NCBI GenBank assembly: GCA_963709325.1
Contig: CAVPVV010000003.1
Span: 4,358,638 to 4,422,637 of the forward strand
Length of the DNA stretch: 64,000 nt
Source of the DNA: an uncultured Acidobacteriota bacterium
Lineage (GTDB): Bacteria > Acidobacteriota > Vicinamibacteria > Vicinamibacterales > UBA2999
Reading direction: 5' to 3'
Under the pieces are notes generated by a model, which was not told where the DNA came from, made no database searches, and saw only the letters and a list, made by a program, of their open reading frames with translations. Position 1 is the first letter of the stretch. Every line of letters begins with the position of its first letter. Shown here in pieces: positions 36,231-44,820 of the stretch. The position numbers and the translations under genes were made by a program.

Positions 36231-36914
36231 CTAGGGACGAAAAGCGGCCCGGTTGGCGGTGCGTGCCTTTTCGCTGGCCACAGCCGCGTCTTCGGCGTCC
36301 TTCTTCTGCTGTTCCAGCTCGCGCCGCGGCCCCTCGATGATGTCGAGTCGAGCAGCCTCCCGGATCGCGGTCCTGGCACGGGTGCTCAAGGCCTTCGACT
36401 CCACGATGAGCTGCAGTTCAGGCGAGTAGGCTCCGCGCACCAGCGTCACCGACGCCGCGGCGCTGTCCCAATGTGCGATCACCTTGGTATCGACGAGTGT
36501 CTCGGCCAGAGTGGTCCTGGTGCGCGCCGACACCGGCACCGGGGTGCCGTAGGTGGTCGACAGCGACGCCACGACGTCACCGTTCGTGAGCCCTTCAGTG
36601 CGGCCGCGATCGTACGTGACCACGATCTGATACAACGCGCCGTCGAGGAAGGTGAACGTGATCCCGCGGACCGGATCAGCCATCTCGCTTGAGGGGCTCA
36701 GGTACGGCGCGCGCCACTCGAGCTCCTGAATCTTCGCCGGTCGCTCGCGAAGAGTCCTCGCATCGGCGAGGCGTGCCCCGGATGCTGCCAGCACCGTGTC
36801 GAAGCTGTTTTCGAGGGTGTAGCCCCGATACCGGGACAGATCCTGGACCGTAGCGGGTTGTGCGCCGAGGGTAATTCCAAATGCCACGACGAAGAACGCG
36901 CAGGCACGTGTCAT
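36231..36914 (-). CDS. exported hypothetical protein
   Basis: GGAG RBS 8 nt before the ATG at 36914. Signal-like MTRACAFFVVAFGITLGAQ. An in-frame alternative start at 37100 (MMLIIAALVLV, AGAGG RBS) cannot be excluded. Confidence 0.65.
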   Translation of the reverse strand: MTRACAFFVVAFGITLGAQPATVQDLSRYRGYTLENSFDTVLAASGARLADARTLRERPAKIQELEWRAPYLSPSSEMADPVRGITFTFLDGALYQIVVTYDRGRTEGLTNGDVVASLSTTYGTPVPVSARTRTTLAETLVDTKVIAHWDSAAASVTLVRGAYSPELQLIVESKALSTRARTAIREAARLDIIEGPRRELEQQKKDAEDAAVASEKARTANRAAFRP

Positions 36915-37253
36915 AGAAGGCTCCAGGATGTCGGGTTCAGTCGGATTTGAGGGTGGCGCTACGACGGTGGCGTCGATCGATGCTCGGCGAGCCATTTCTC
37001 GCTCATCCATCCACGGTCGACGGCAGCCCCACGGCGCCGACACCCGCAGCACGCTCACGATACCGGTGACGAGAACGAGGGCGGCGATGATCAGCATCAT
37101 GTGGACGCCTCTATTGTCGCCATTCTGCCGGCGCGGGTCTGTGCGCTTGTGCACATGCGATTGGGTCATCGCTGCTCGTGGACTACGCGTGTCGGACGCG
37201 GACGGCTGTCCCCGACAGCGCACGCCGGTATACTGACTTCTGGTCATACCGGC

Positions 37254-37691
37254 ATGGAAAAGATCATTGTCCACGCGAAGTTTCACACCGGCCACCGCCA
37301 GCTCGGATATCCCGGCGAATGCCGCTTCGTGCACGGGCATACCTGGCGGGGGACGGTGGCGATCTCGTGCGAGGAGTTCCCGCGCGACGAGCTCGACATG
37401 GCGCTCGACTTCGGCCACATCAAGAAGATCATGCGCGACCTCGATCACAAGATCCTGGTGACCGAGTCGGACCGGACCTTCATGAACCCGGAGCTGTTCG
37501 AGCCGGAGGGCATCGTGGTCCTCAAGGGAAAGGGCCCGAGCGTCGAGAACGTCGCGGTCTACGTCTGGGAGCACGTGATCGAGGAGATCCAGCGCAAGTT
37601 CCCGGACCGCGGCATCGACTACCGGGTCGAGGTGACCATCCAGGAAACCGAGAACAACTTCTTCATCGTCGAGAAGACCGCGCGGGTCTGA
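37254..37691 (+). CDS. queD: 6-carboxytetrahydropterin synthase / 6-pyruvoyl-tetrahydropterin synthase family protein
   Basis: C-x3-HGH zinc/catalytic motif (GECRFVHGHTW) and DFGHIKK in a 145-aa ORF. Confidence 0.7.
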   Translation: MEKIIVHAKFHTGHRQLGYPGECRFVHGHTWRGTVAISCEEFPRDELDMALDFGHIKKIMRDLDHKILVTESDRTFMNPELFEPEGIVVLKGKGPSVENVAVYVWEHVIEEIQRKFPDRGIDYRVEVTIQETENNFFIVEKTARV

Positions 37692-37714
37692 CCAGCGCGT
37701 ATAATTCCCCAGTC

Positions 37715-38128
37715 GTGAAGGATCCGCTCCGCCCGCCCGCCGGTCTGGCCGCCACGCTCGGCCCGCTCGAGCTGCGGGTGCTCGACGAGCTCTGGGCCCG
37801 CGGCGCGGCGTGCACGGTCCGCGACCTGATCGACGCGTTCGACGGGATTGCCTACACCACGCTGATGACCACTGCCGACCGGCTGTTCCGGAAGGGCCTG
37901 CTCGTGCGCGAGCTGGACGGCCGCGCGTTCCGCTACTGCCCGCGGTGGACCCGCGAGGAGCTGGATCGGCATCTCGCGAGTTCGGCGATGGCCAACTGGC
38001 TGAGCGACGACCCGCGCGCGTTGAAGCCGCTGATTTCGCTGTTCGTCGAAGAGGTCTCCCGGCGCGACGAGTCGATGCTGGACGAGCTCGAACGCCTCAT
38101 CCGGCGGAAGAAGGAGAGCGGACGATGA
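37715..38128 (+). CDS. BlaI/MecI/CopY-family transcriptional repressor
   Basis: Winged helix LELRVLDELWARGAACTVRDLIDAF...AYTTLMTTADRLFRKGLL. GTG start assumed. The stop overlaps the next gene (ATGA). Confidence 0.75.
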   Translation: MKDPLRPPAGLAATLGPLELRVLDELWARGAACTVRDLIDAFDGIAYTTLMTTADRLFRKGLLVRELDGRAFRYCPRWTREELDRHLASSAMANWLSDDPRALKPLISLFVEEVSRRDESMLDELERLIRRKKESGR

Positions 38129-39069
38129 CGCTCGGTTACCTCGAGCGGCTGGTCGTCCAGGCGTTGTCGGCGCATGCGCTGGCGAGTGCTGTTGCTGCGG
38201 TCGCCGTCGGCGTCACCTGGCGGCAGGTCGCCGCGTCGGCGTCGCCCGCTGTCACGGCGCGACGCATCTTCCTCATGCGGCTGATACCTTCGCTGCTGGG
38301 CGGCGCGGCAGCGCTGCTGGTGGCCGTGGCTTACACGCTCTGGGAGACCAAGGTAGAGGTCGAGCACGCCGGCGTGCTGGGGCTCAGCCTGTCGGGTGCG
38401 GGACTCGTTCTCGTCGGGACTGCACTCTGGCGGGCGCTCGTCGCGATATGGCGGACGTGGAGCGTACGGCGGACGCTGGTCCGGGCTTCCGCAGCGCGAC
38501 TGCCGGCCGTGCCGCTGCGGGCCTACGTCGTCGAATCGCGCTTCCCGGTGGTGGCGCTCGTCGGGCTCGTGATGGCCCGCCTCTTCGTCGCCCGCCGCGT
38601 GATCGACGCGTGCACGACCGACGAATTCGACGCCGTCATCGCGCACGAGCAGGCGCACGCGCGTCACCGTGACAATCTGCGCCGCATGGCGATGACCGCG
38701 GCTCCGGATCCGCTGGGGCTGCTGGCAGCCGGCCGGCAGATGCAGCAGGCGTGGCTGCACGCCTCGGAGCTCGCGGCCGACGAGTGGGCCGCCGGGCGCA
38801 CCAACGGGGTTCTGCTGGCCTCGGCGCTCGTCAAGGTGGCGCGGTTGGCCACCACACCGCCGGAACCGTTGCCGGCGAGCGCCCTCTACAGCGGCGAGCC
38901 GATCACCGAACGCGTTCACCGCCTGCTCGAACCCGTTCCCGTAAACGCGCCGCCGCCCTGGCCGCAATGGCTCCGCGCCACCGCCTGTGTCGCTATCGTG
39001 GCCGCGGCCCTCGTGGCCCTGCCTGCCATACACGTCGTTGCCGAGCGGATCCTGCACTGGGGGCCCTGA
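38125..39069 (+). CDS. M56-family (BlaR1-like) membrane metallopeptidase, no sensor domain
   Basis: TM helices, then HExxH in VIAHEQAHARHRDNL. Confidence 0.8.
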   Translation: MTLGYLERLVVQALSAHALASAVAAVAVGVTWRQVAASASPAVTARRIFLMRLIPSLLGGAAALLVAVAYTLWETKVEVEHAGVLGLSLSGAGLVLVGTALWRALVAIWRTWSVRRTLVRASAARLPAVPLRAYVVESRFPVVALVGLVMARLFVARRVIDACTTDEFDAVIAHEQAHARHRDNLRRMAMTAAPDPLGLLAAGRQMQQAWLHASELAADEWAAGRTNGVLLASALVKVARLATTPPEPLPASALYSGEPITERVHRLLEPVPVNAPPPWPQWLRATACVAIVAAALVALPAIHVVAERILHWGP

Positions 39070-39073
39070 AAAC

Positions 39074-39101
39074 AAGGCAGAAGGCAGAAGGCACAAGGCA
39101 G
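39074..39101. repeat. four tandem heptamers AAGGCAG AAGGCAG AAGGCAC AAGGCAG
   Basis: Read directly. It starts 5 nt after the stop at 39069 and ends 17 nt before the ATG at 39118. The related string GGCAGAAGGCACAA recurs at 49928-49956. Confidence 0.7.
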
Positions 39102-39117
39102 CTCACCAGCTCTCGCG

Positions 39118-39819
39118 ATGTCGATCGATACGCTATTCCTCGACGCGGGCGGCGTTCTCGTCCACCCGTCGTGGACGCGCGTCAGTGCGGCGCTTGCTGA
39201 TGCCGGTATCGAGGTGTCGGCGGCCAGGCTGGCTGCCGCCGAACCGCACGCCATGCGCGTGCTCGATGAGGCCACCGTCGTCGGTGCCACCGACGACCGC
39301 AAGCGTGGCTGGATGTATTTCAACCTGATCCTCGAGCAGGTCGGGGTCGCGCTGTCCGAGCAGACGGATGTTGCGCTCGGGGTGCTGCGGGACTACCACC
39401 GCGAACAGAATCTCTGGGAGCACGTGGAGGCGGATGTCGTTCCGGCCCTCGAGGGGTTACGGGCGCGCGGGCTGCGGATGGTTGTCGTCTCGAACGCTAA
39501 CGGGCGGCTGCGCCATCTGTTCGAACGGCTGGACCTCGCCCGGTGGTTCGACGCGCTGCTCGATTCCCACGAGTGGGGCGTGGAGAAGCCAGACCCGCGG
39601 CTGTTCCAGCACGCCTTGAAGGCGTCCGGGGCCGAGGCAGCGCGAACCGTCCACGTCGGCGACCTCTATCACGTGGACGTTGCCGGCGCTCGCAGCGCCG
39701 GACTCGCGCACGCCGTTCTCTACGACGCCGCGAATCTCTATCCCGATGCCGACTGCCCGCGCATCCACCGGCTCGCGGATCTCACGCCGTGGCTGAACGG
39801 GATTGGCGGCCGGGCATGA
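39118..39819 (+). CDS. HAD-superfamily hydrolase
   Basis: Motif I-like FLDAGGVL, VVSNANG and VGDLYHVDVAGARSAG. Confidence 0.8.
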   Translation: MSIDTLFLDAGGVLVHPSWTRVSAALADAGIEVSAARLAAAEPHAMRVLDEATVVGATDDRKRGWMYFNLILEQVGVALSEQTDVALGVLRDYHREQNLWEHVEADVVPALEGLRARGLRMVVVSNANGRLRHLFERLDLARWFDALLDSHEWGVEKPDPRLFQHALKASGAEAARTVHVGDLYHVDVAGARSAGLAHAVLYDAANLYPDADCPRIHRLADLTPWLNGIGGRA

Positions 39820-41626
39820 GAGAAATCCACACCCTGAAGCGCGAGCCCTGACCCGGCGCGGACGTCACCCGCAGCGCCGCCTGGTGGCTGCGCACGATGC
39901 CGCGGATCGCGGCCAGCCCCAGACCCCGGCCCGTCTCCTTCGTGGAGAAGAACGGGTCGAACATTCGTGCCATCGTCTCCTCGCTCATGCCCTGGCCGTT
40001 GTCCACGACGTCGATGAACACGTACGGGCCGGGCTCGGCGTCGGCGCCAAACGTCATTCGGGACAGCATCTGGCGGTGCACCGATTCCTGGCCGGTAGCG
40101 ACCGTGACCAGCCCGTTCTCGTCCACCGCTTCAGTGGCGTTGATGATCAGGTTGAGCACGACCTGGCGGATCTGCGTCGGATCCGCGTCCACGAGCGGCA
40201 GCGGGCCGGGACTGTTGTAGACCAGCGTGCAGTGCTTCGAGACGGAGGCGGACAGCACGTCCACCATCTCCCGGACCAGCGCGTCGAGGTCGACCCGCTC
40301 GGAGACCACGCGCCCTTCGCCCGCGTAGGCGAGCATCTTCGAGACGAGATCGGCGGCGCGCTGCGATCCGATCACGATCGCCTCGGCGGTGCGGCGCTGC
40401 GTCGAATCCGGCGGCGCCTGCATCGCCAGCAGATCGGCGTTGCCGAGGATGCCGGTCAGCAGATTGTTGAAGTCGTGGGCAACACCGGCGGCAAATACGG
40501 TGAGGCTCTCGGACTTCTGCTGTTCCTGGATGCGGCGCTCGAGCGCATACCGTTCCGCGTCGGCCTGGCGACGGGCGGTGATGTCGCGGAGGATGACCAG
40601 CCAGCCTGTGAAGCGCCGCACGCGGTCGCGGACCGGCGACACGCGGACCTCGTGGTAGCGCGGCCCGGGCTCGGTCTTGATCACTGCCGGCAGTGACGGT
40701 GAGCTCGGCAGCTCGGCCGTCGCGTCGTGCCACCACGGGACGACGCGCCCGATTTCACGTCCTGCGCAAGCCGGGTTGGCCCCGGTATAGCGCTCGGCCG
40801 CGGCGTTCAGATCGACGATGCGCCGGTCGGCGTCGAGAATCAGGACGCCGTCCTCCATGCTGTCGACGACCAGGTCCCGCGCGATCGGCACCAGGCCGAA
40901 CAACTTGTGGTGGTAAAGGCCCCAGGTGAAACAGAGGCCGGTGGCAGCGAACGCGAGCGGTGTGACGTCGAACCCGCCGACGGTACGCAACCGCGTCAGG
41001 TAGAGGACGTTGCCGCCGAGCGGCAGCAGCGTGCCGAGGACCAGGGCCCAGTACTGCGGACGATACGGCGGCGGGAACGTGCGGATGCCGACGATGAGCA
41101 ACCACGTGCCGACCGCGACCACGGCGTAGGTGTACGTGAGCTGCACCCAATAGAGCGGGCCGGGCTCGTAGACCAGGCCGACCCCCCACCACGTCTCGAC
41201 CGGCGTAATCGACCGCCAGATCAAGCCGTGCAGCTCGTTACTGAGCGCGGCGGCGAGCGATACTGCGGGCAGAATCCAGAGCACGGCCCGGACGTCGCGC
41301 CGCGACGCCCACGCGACCCGCGCGTAGCCGCCCGCGAACAGCAGCCAGAGCACACCGAGGCTGGCAACGGCCAGAAAGCGGACCTTGGCGATCAGGACGC
41401 GCGCCTCGGTGTCGGGCACCAGCGCATGGAGCCCAGTGGTCAGGCAGTAGTGCGCGACGATCAGCATCAGCCAAGCGAACGCGGGGCTGCCGGGCGCGGA
41501 ACGCCGGCTCCGCGCGACCACCGCCGCCCATATCGACAGGCCGGTCGCGACGAACAGCGCGACCACGTAGGAGGGAAACGCCCAGGGCACTCTCTGAAAT
41601 TCTACGGCCTTCGCGCCACCGTCCAC
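39782..41626 (-). CDS. sensor histidine kinase with N-terminal 7TM domain, PAS, HisKA and HATPase_c
   Basis: Seven hydrophobic helices, a PAS region, H-box AGVAHDFNNLLTGILG and G-box ETGRGLGLAAIRG. Confidence 0.88.
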   Translation of the reverse strand: MDGGAKAVEFQRVPWAFPSYVVALFVATGLSIWAAVVARSRRSAPGSPAFAWLMLIVAHYCLTTGLHALVPDTEARVLIAKVRFLAVASLGVLWLLFAGGYARVAWASRRDVRAVLWILPAVSLAAALSNELHGLIWRSITPVETWWGVGLVYEPGPLYWVQLTYTYAVVAVGTWLLIVGIRTFPPPYRPQYWALVLGTLLPLGGNVLYLTRLRTVGGFDVTPLAFAATGLCFTWGLYHHKLFGLVPIARDLVVDSMEDGVLILDADRRIVDLNAAAERYTGANPACAGREIGRVVPWWHDATAELPSSPSLPAVIKTEPGPRYHEVRVSPVRDRVRRFTGWLVILRDITARRQADAERYALERRIQEQQKSESLTVFAAGVAHDFNNLLTGILGNADLLAMQAPPDSTQRRTAEAIVIGSQRAADLVSKMLAYAGEGRVVSERVDLDALVREMVDVLSASVSKHCTLVYNSPGPLPLVDADPTQIRQVVLNLIINATEAVDENGLVTVATGQESVHRQMLSRMTFGADAEPGPYVFIDVVDNGQGMSEETMARMFDPFFSTKETGRGLGLAAIRGIVRSHQAALRVTSAPGQGSRFRVWISLMPGRQSRSATA

Positions 41627-43944
41627 TCAACGAACCCGTCCGGCGCGGCGCCTGGCTCGGATCGGTCCATGTCGGCCCACCGGAGGCGACCGTGAACGCC
41701 GTACGGCCGGACGATCATTTGATCGGGTTCGACGCTGACTTCGACGAAGCTCTGGAAGAACGGCGCGGTGTTGTAGTCGAACACCGCCGACAGCCATTCG
41801 GCCGAGAACGGCCACGCATTGACGCTGCGGGTCCACCACCAGGCGGGGCGCTTCCACCACGGCGTGTATCGCTGGATCTTGTCCACGACCATGCGGGACG
41901 ACGGGTAATAGCCCCACGTTGCGAGCGCCGGCGTCGCCGGCCATGCGAGCGCCGAACCGAAGCTCAGATACGCGCCGCCGCCGCCGTTGACGAAGTGCTG
42001 GAGGGCGTATCCGGTCGGGTCGGGCGGCTCGACGTACCGCTCGAGATCGTGGGTGTCGCCGGCCATGAAGACGTTCACGCCGGCCGCTCGGAGCTGGTCG
42101 TACAAGGGTTGAAACCCCTCGTAACCGGGGCGCTGATCGTAACCGCCGGCGTAGAAAGGATGGCCGACAATCGCGATTGTGAGCTTGCCGCGCGCCCGCG
42201 CGAGCGCATCGCCCAGCCAACGCTGTTCTTCGGTGTCGATGCGCTTGACGATGCCGGTGTCGATCGCCAGCAGGGCGAACCGCTCCGTCTGGATGTCGAA
42301 GAACGGCCCGCGCTGGAACCCGGTCGGCACCGCGTATTCCTGTCGCAGCCGGCCGGCTTCCGCGATCAGCTCGTCGATGCGTTCGGCGGTGGTCGTGCTG
42401 ATGTTGAGATCCGCGTTCACCCGCGCGCTGATCGCGGCGCGAGCCGCGGACGCGGTGAGAAAGGTCGCGTTGAACCCCTCGAGCGCGTCGTACCAATCGT
42501 GATTGCCGGGTATGGCGTAGATCGGCTTGGTAACGCCCTTGAAGGGCAGCCAGAACTTGGGCTCGTAGTCCCGCATCGCCCCGGTGGGGTAGACCACGTC
42601 CGATGACACGACGACGAACTTCACCTCGTCGCGTGCTGCCACGGCGATGAGCTGATCGCGCAGTACGTGCTGCGAGGCGTCGCCTTCACCTGTATCGCCA
42701 ATGACGATGAAGGAGAACGGCGCGGCGTCGGAGACGCCGGGCGGCGACACCGAGAAGTCGTTCCCATTGCGGCCGCCAGCGATTTCCTCGGCGCGGACGG
42801 CGCGAATCATCGCCTCGCGCCATTCGTCGGTGCGGGTCTCGGCCCAGGAGTTGTAGATGCCGGCGGCCCAGTTCTCGGTGTCGAAGTACCAGCTCATGCC
42901 CCAGATCGGGACCGTGGCCGCGACGATCGCCGCGAACGGGAGTCCGAGACGCACGCCCCGGCCGAGCGCACCGGGTATCGAGAGCCGGGCGACCTGCCAC
43001 TGCATCTCGGACCGCAGCCGGGACAGGAGGACCGTGCGCACGCCGGAGCGAACAGCCCGTCCGGCCAGTCGTTGAGGCTCGGCTGCCGCCCACCAGCGCC
43101 ACAACCGACGCTCGAGGGGGTGGCTGAAGCGCTGCAGGACGAGGTGGACCGGCAGCATCGCGCCCATCGTGAACAGCACCGCGATCACGACGTCACCGAG
43201 CACCGCGGCGGCCGGACCGGTGAGCCCGGAAAACGACCAGTCGCCCCCCATCCGGCCGGCGTGAATCGCGAAGAGGGTGACCAGGAAGGCCGCCACCCAG
43301 CCGCGGTCGATCGGGGCGCGGACGGCGGCCTCTACCTCGAGCTGATCGCCGACCGCCCGGGCGTCGGCGAGGTCGCCGAGCTGCAGGTCCTCGATCAGCG
43401 AGTCACCGGCGGCGTCGGCGGAAATGACACGGCTGGTGGCGATCCGCCGCGCCGTCTCGAACAGGCGCAGGGCGCCGGCAATGGCCACCGTCCACGTCAC
43501 CGCGGCATTGGCTCGGAGCAAGGCAATCAGCCCGATTGCCGCCATCACGTCCAGCGTCCCGAACATCACCCGCCGCCGCCGCCGGGCTGGGTCGGGCCGG
43601 GCCCACGCGTGCCGAAAGCGGCGAACTCCTTCCCACAGGAACTGTGCCGCGAGAAAGACGATCAACGCGCTGCCGGTCAGGAGGGGAGAGGACAGCAGCA
43701 GCACGGCCATGAACAGCGTGACCGCGCCTTCGCGCCACGCCGACATCCGTTCGGGCACGGTCGGCCGGCGTTGGCCGTGCATCCACTCGAGGACGGCGCC
43801 GACGACGAGCAGGAGCCCGACCGAGGTTTCGGGCGTAATCGCCGGCCGAAGCGGCGCGAGCGCGGCCGCGCCGGCCATCGCGGTGACGAACAGCGCGATC
43901 CCGCGCCGCCGCCGCAGCTCTTCCCACTGCAGCATCGTTCGCAT
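41602..43944 (-). CDS. membrane-anchored metallophosphoesterase
   Basis: A multi-TM N-terminal half, then IVIGDTGEGD, VVVSSDVVYP, GNHDWYD and GHPFYAGG phosphoesterase motifs. Confidence 0.85.
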   Translation of the reverse strand: MRTMLQWEELRRRRGIALFVTAMAGAAALAPLRPAITPETSVGLLLVVGAVLEWMHGQRRPTVPERMSAWREGAVTLFMAVLLLSSPLLTGSALIVFLAAQFLWEGVRRFRHAWARPDPARRRRRVMFGTLDVMAAIGLIALLRANAAVTWTVAIAGALRLFETARRIATSRVISADAAGDSLIEDLQLGDLADARAVGDQLEVEAAVRAPIDRGWVAAFLVTLFAIHAGRMGGDWSFSGLTGPAAAVLGDVVIAVLFTMGAMLPVHLVLQRFSHPLERRLWRWWAAAEPQRLAGRAVRSGVRTVLLSRLRSEMQWQVARLSIPGALGRGVRLGLPFAAIVAATVPIWGMSWYFDTENWAAGIYNSWAETRTDEWREAMIRAVRAEEIAGGRNGNDFSVSPPGVSDAAPFSFIVIGDTGEGDASQHVLRDQLIAVAARDEVKFVVVSSDVVYPTGAMRDYEPKFWLPFKGVTKPIYAIPGNHDWYDALEGFNATFLTASAARAAISARVNADLNISTTTAERIDELIAEAGRLRQEYAVPTGFQRGPFFDIQTERFALLAIDTGIVKRIDTEEQRWLGDALARARGKLTIAIVGHPFYAGGYDQRPGYEGFQPLYDQLRAAGVNVFMAGDTHDLERYVEPPDPTGYALQHFVNGGGGAYLSFGSALAWPATPALATWGYYPSSRMVVDKIQRYTPWWKRPAWWWTRSVNAWPFSAEWLSAVFDYNTAPFFQSFVEVSVEPDQMIVRPYGVHGRLRWADMDRSEPGAAPDGFVEWTVARRP

Positions 43945-44033
43945 CCTACCGCAGAGCTCGCAGGCTCGTCGGGCTGGTTAGGATTTCGGCGCGAAGAGTG
44001 CTAACGTAGAACCGAAGCAAGTCGAGACACCGG

Positions 44034-44079
44034 AAAAGGGGGGCCCTCATTTCTGGGCTCCCTTTTTTCATTGGGAGCC
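44034..44079 (+). promoter_or_regulatory. terminator-like hairpin with A-tract/U-tract flanks and an alternative downstream pairing, in the leader of the RRM gene
   Basis: GGGGGCCC (44039-44046) pairs with GGGCTCCC (44055-44062), extended by AAAA/TTTT. GGCTCCC (44056-44062) can instead pair perfectly with GGGAGCC (44073-44079). Confidence 0.4.
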
Positions 44080-44102
44080 GCCGGTGTGAGTAGGGAGTAG
44101 CG

Positions 44103-44450
44103 ATGGGACGCAAGCTGTTCGTGGGAAATTTGCCGTTTCAAACGACCGAAGATGAATTGCACGATCTGTTCAGCCAGGTCGATTCCGTGGAAACGGTCAC
44201 CGTGATGCGGGACCAGATGACCGGCCGCGCACGCGGCTTCGCGTTCGTCGAGATGTCCTCGGACGAAGGCGCGCAGAAGGCGATCGATCAACTGAACAAC
44301 ACCCAGTTGGGCGGCCGCACGCTCGCCATCAACGAGGCGCGCCCGAAAGCGCCGCGCAGCGGCGGGTTCGGCGATGGCGGCGGTGAGCGCCGTGGCGGCG
44401 GCTACGGTGGCGGAGGCGGCGGCAATCGCCGTCGCGAGCCGCGCTGGTAA
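44103..44450 (+). CDS. RRM-type RNA-binding protein with Gly/Arg-rich tail
   Basis: RNP2 LFVGNL, RNP1 RGFAFVEM and a C-terminal GGGYGGGGGGNRRR tail. Confidence 0.9.
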   Translation: MGRKLFVGNLPFQTTEDELHDLFSQVDSVETVTVMRDQMTGRARGFAFVEMSSDEGAQKAIDQLNNTQLGGRTLAINEARPKAPRSGGFGDGGGERRGGGYGGGGGGNRRREPRW

Positions 44451-44551
44451 AGAGACGTGAGACGTGAGAGGTGAGAAGTAATTAGAAGGTGCGGAAGCTG
44501 CAAGGTTCGAGCTTCTCGCCTCTTACTTCCTCACCTCTTACTTCTTACTTC
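44451..44551. repeat. imperfect hairpin built from GTGAGA/GAAGTAA words with inner GAAGCT...AGCTTC hairpin
   Basis: It starts at the base after the stop codon. AGAGGTGAGAAGTAA matches the reverse complement of the right arm with one indel. It ends 33 nt before the next ATG. Confidence 0.65.
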
Positions 44552-44583
44552 GGGCGTCGCGTGAGCCGCCCGATGGGAGGGAT

Positions 44584-44820
44584 ATGGCCGTACGAGGACC
44601 GATGGGCCGTGGCAAGCGCGAGCGCGAGCGGGCGCGGGCCGAACGGCAGAAGGAGAAGGCGGCTCGTCGCGAGGAAGCCAAGGTCCGCCGAGCGAACGCG
44701 CCCGGACACAGCGGAGGCGAGGACCCGGACATCGCCGGGATCGTGCCGGGCCCGCAGGCCAATCCGTGGGGAGACGAGGAGCCGCCGGACGAACCCGAAG
44801 ACGAGCAGCGCGAAAGTTGA
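44584..44820 (+). CDS. small highly charged hypothetical protein (Lys/Arg-rich N-half, acidic C-half)
   Basis: GGGAGG RBS 4 nt upstream. 78-aa ORF with low-complexity charged composition, so coding status is not certain. Confidence 0.5.
   Translation: MAVRGPMGRGKRERERARAERQKEKAARREEAKVRRANAPGHSGGEDPDIAGIVPGPQANPWGDEEPPDEPEDEQRES

Noticed and set aside
36915-37100. In-frame upstream extension (MMLIIAALVLVTGIV...) of the exported protein gene 36231..36914.
   Set aside because: It has a plausible RBS, but it would put a TM helix about 60 residues before a second, signal-peptide-like segment that has its own GGAG RBS. I kept the shorter model and noted the alternative.
37225-37252. 7-bp hairpin CCGGTAT...ATACCGG ending 1 nt before the queD-like start; considered as a preQ1-type riboswitch.
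   Set aside because: It does not resemble the preQ1 riboswitch consensus as I recall it, and the stem with a 14-nt loop is weak. It is left as an unclassified leader structure.
39074-39101. Short direct repeats considered as a possible CRISPR array.
   Set aside because: The 7-nt units are directly abutting, with no spacers and no cas genes. It is a simple tandem heptamer array.
44490-44520. GGTTCGAG string that looked like a tRNA T-arm.
   Set aside because: The flanks give a 6-bp stem with a 10-nt loop and no acceptor, D or anticodon arms. It is the inner hairpin of the repeat element at 44451-44551.
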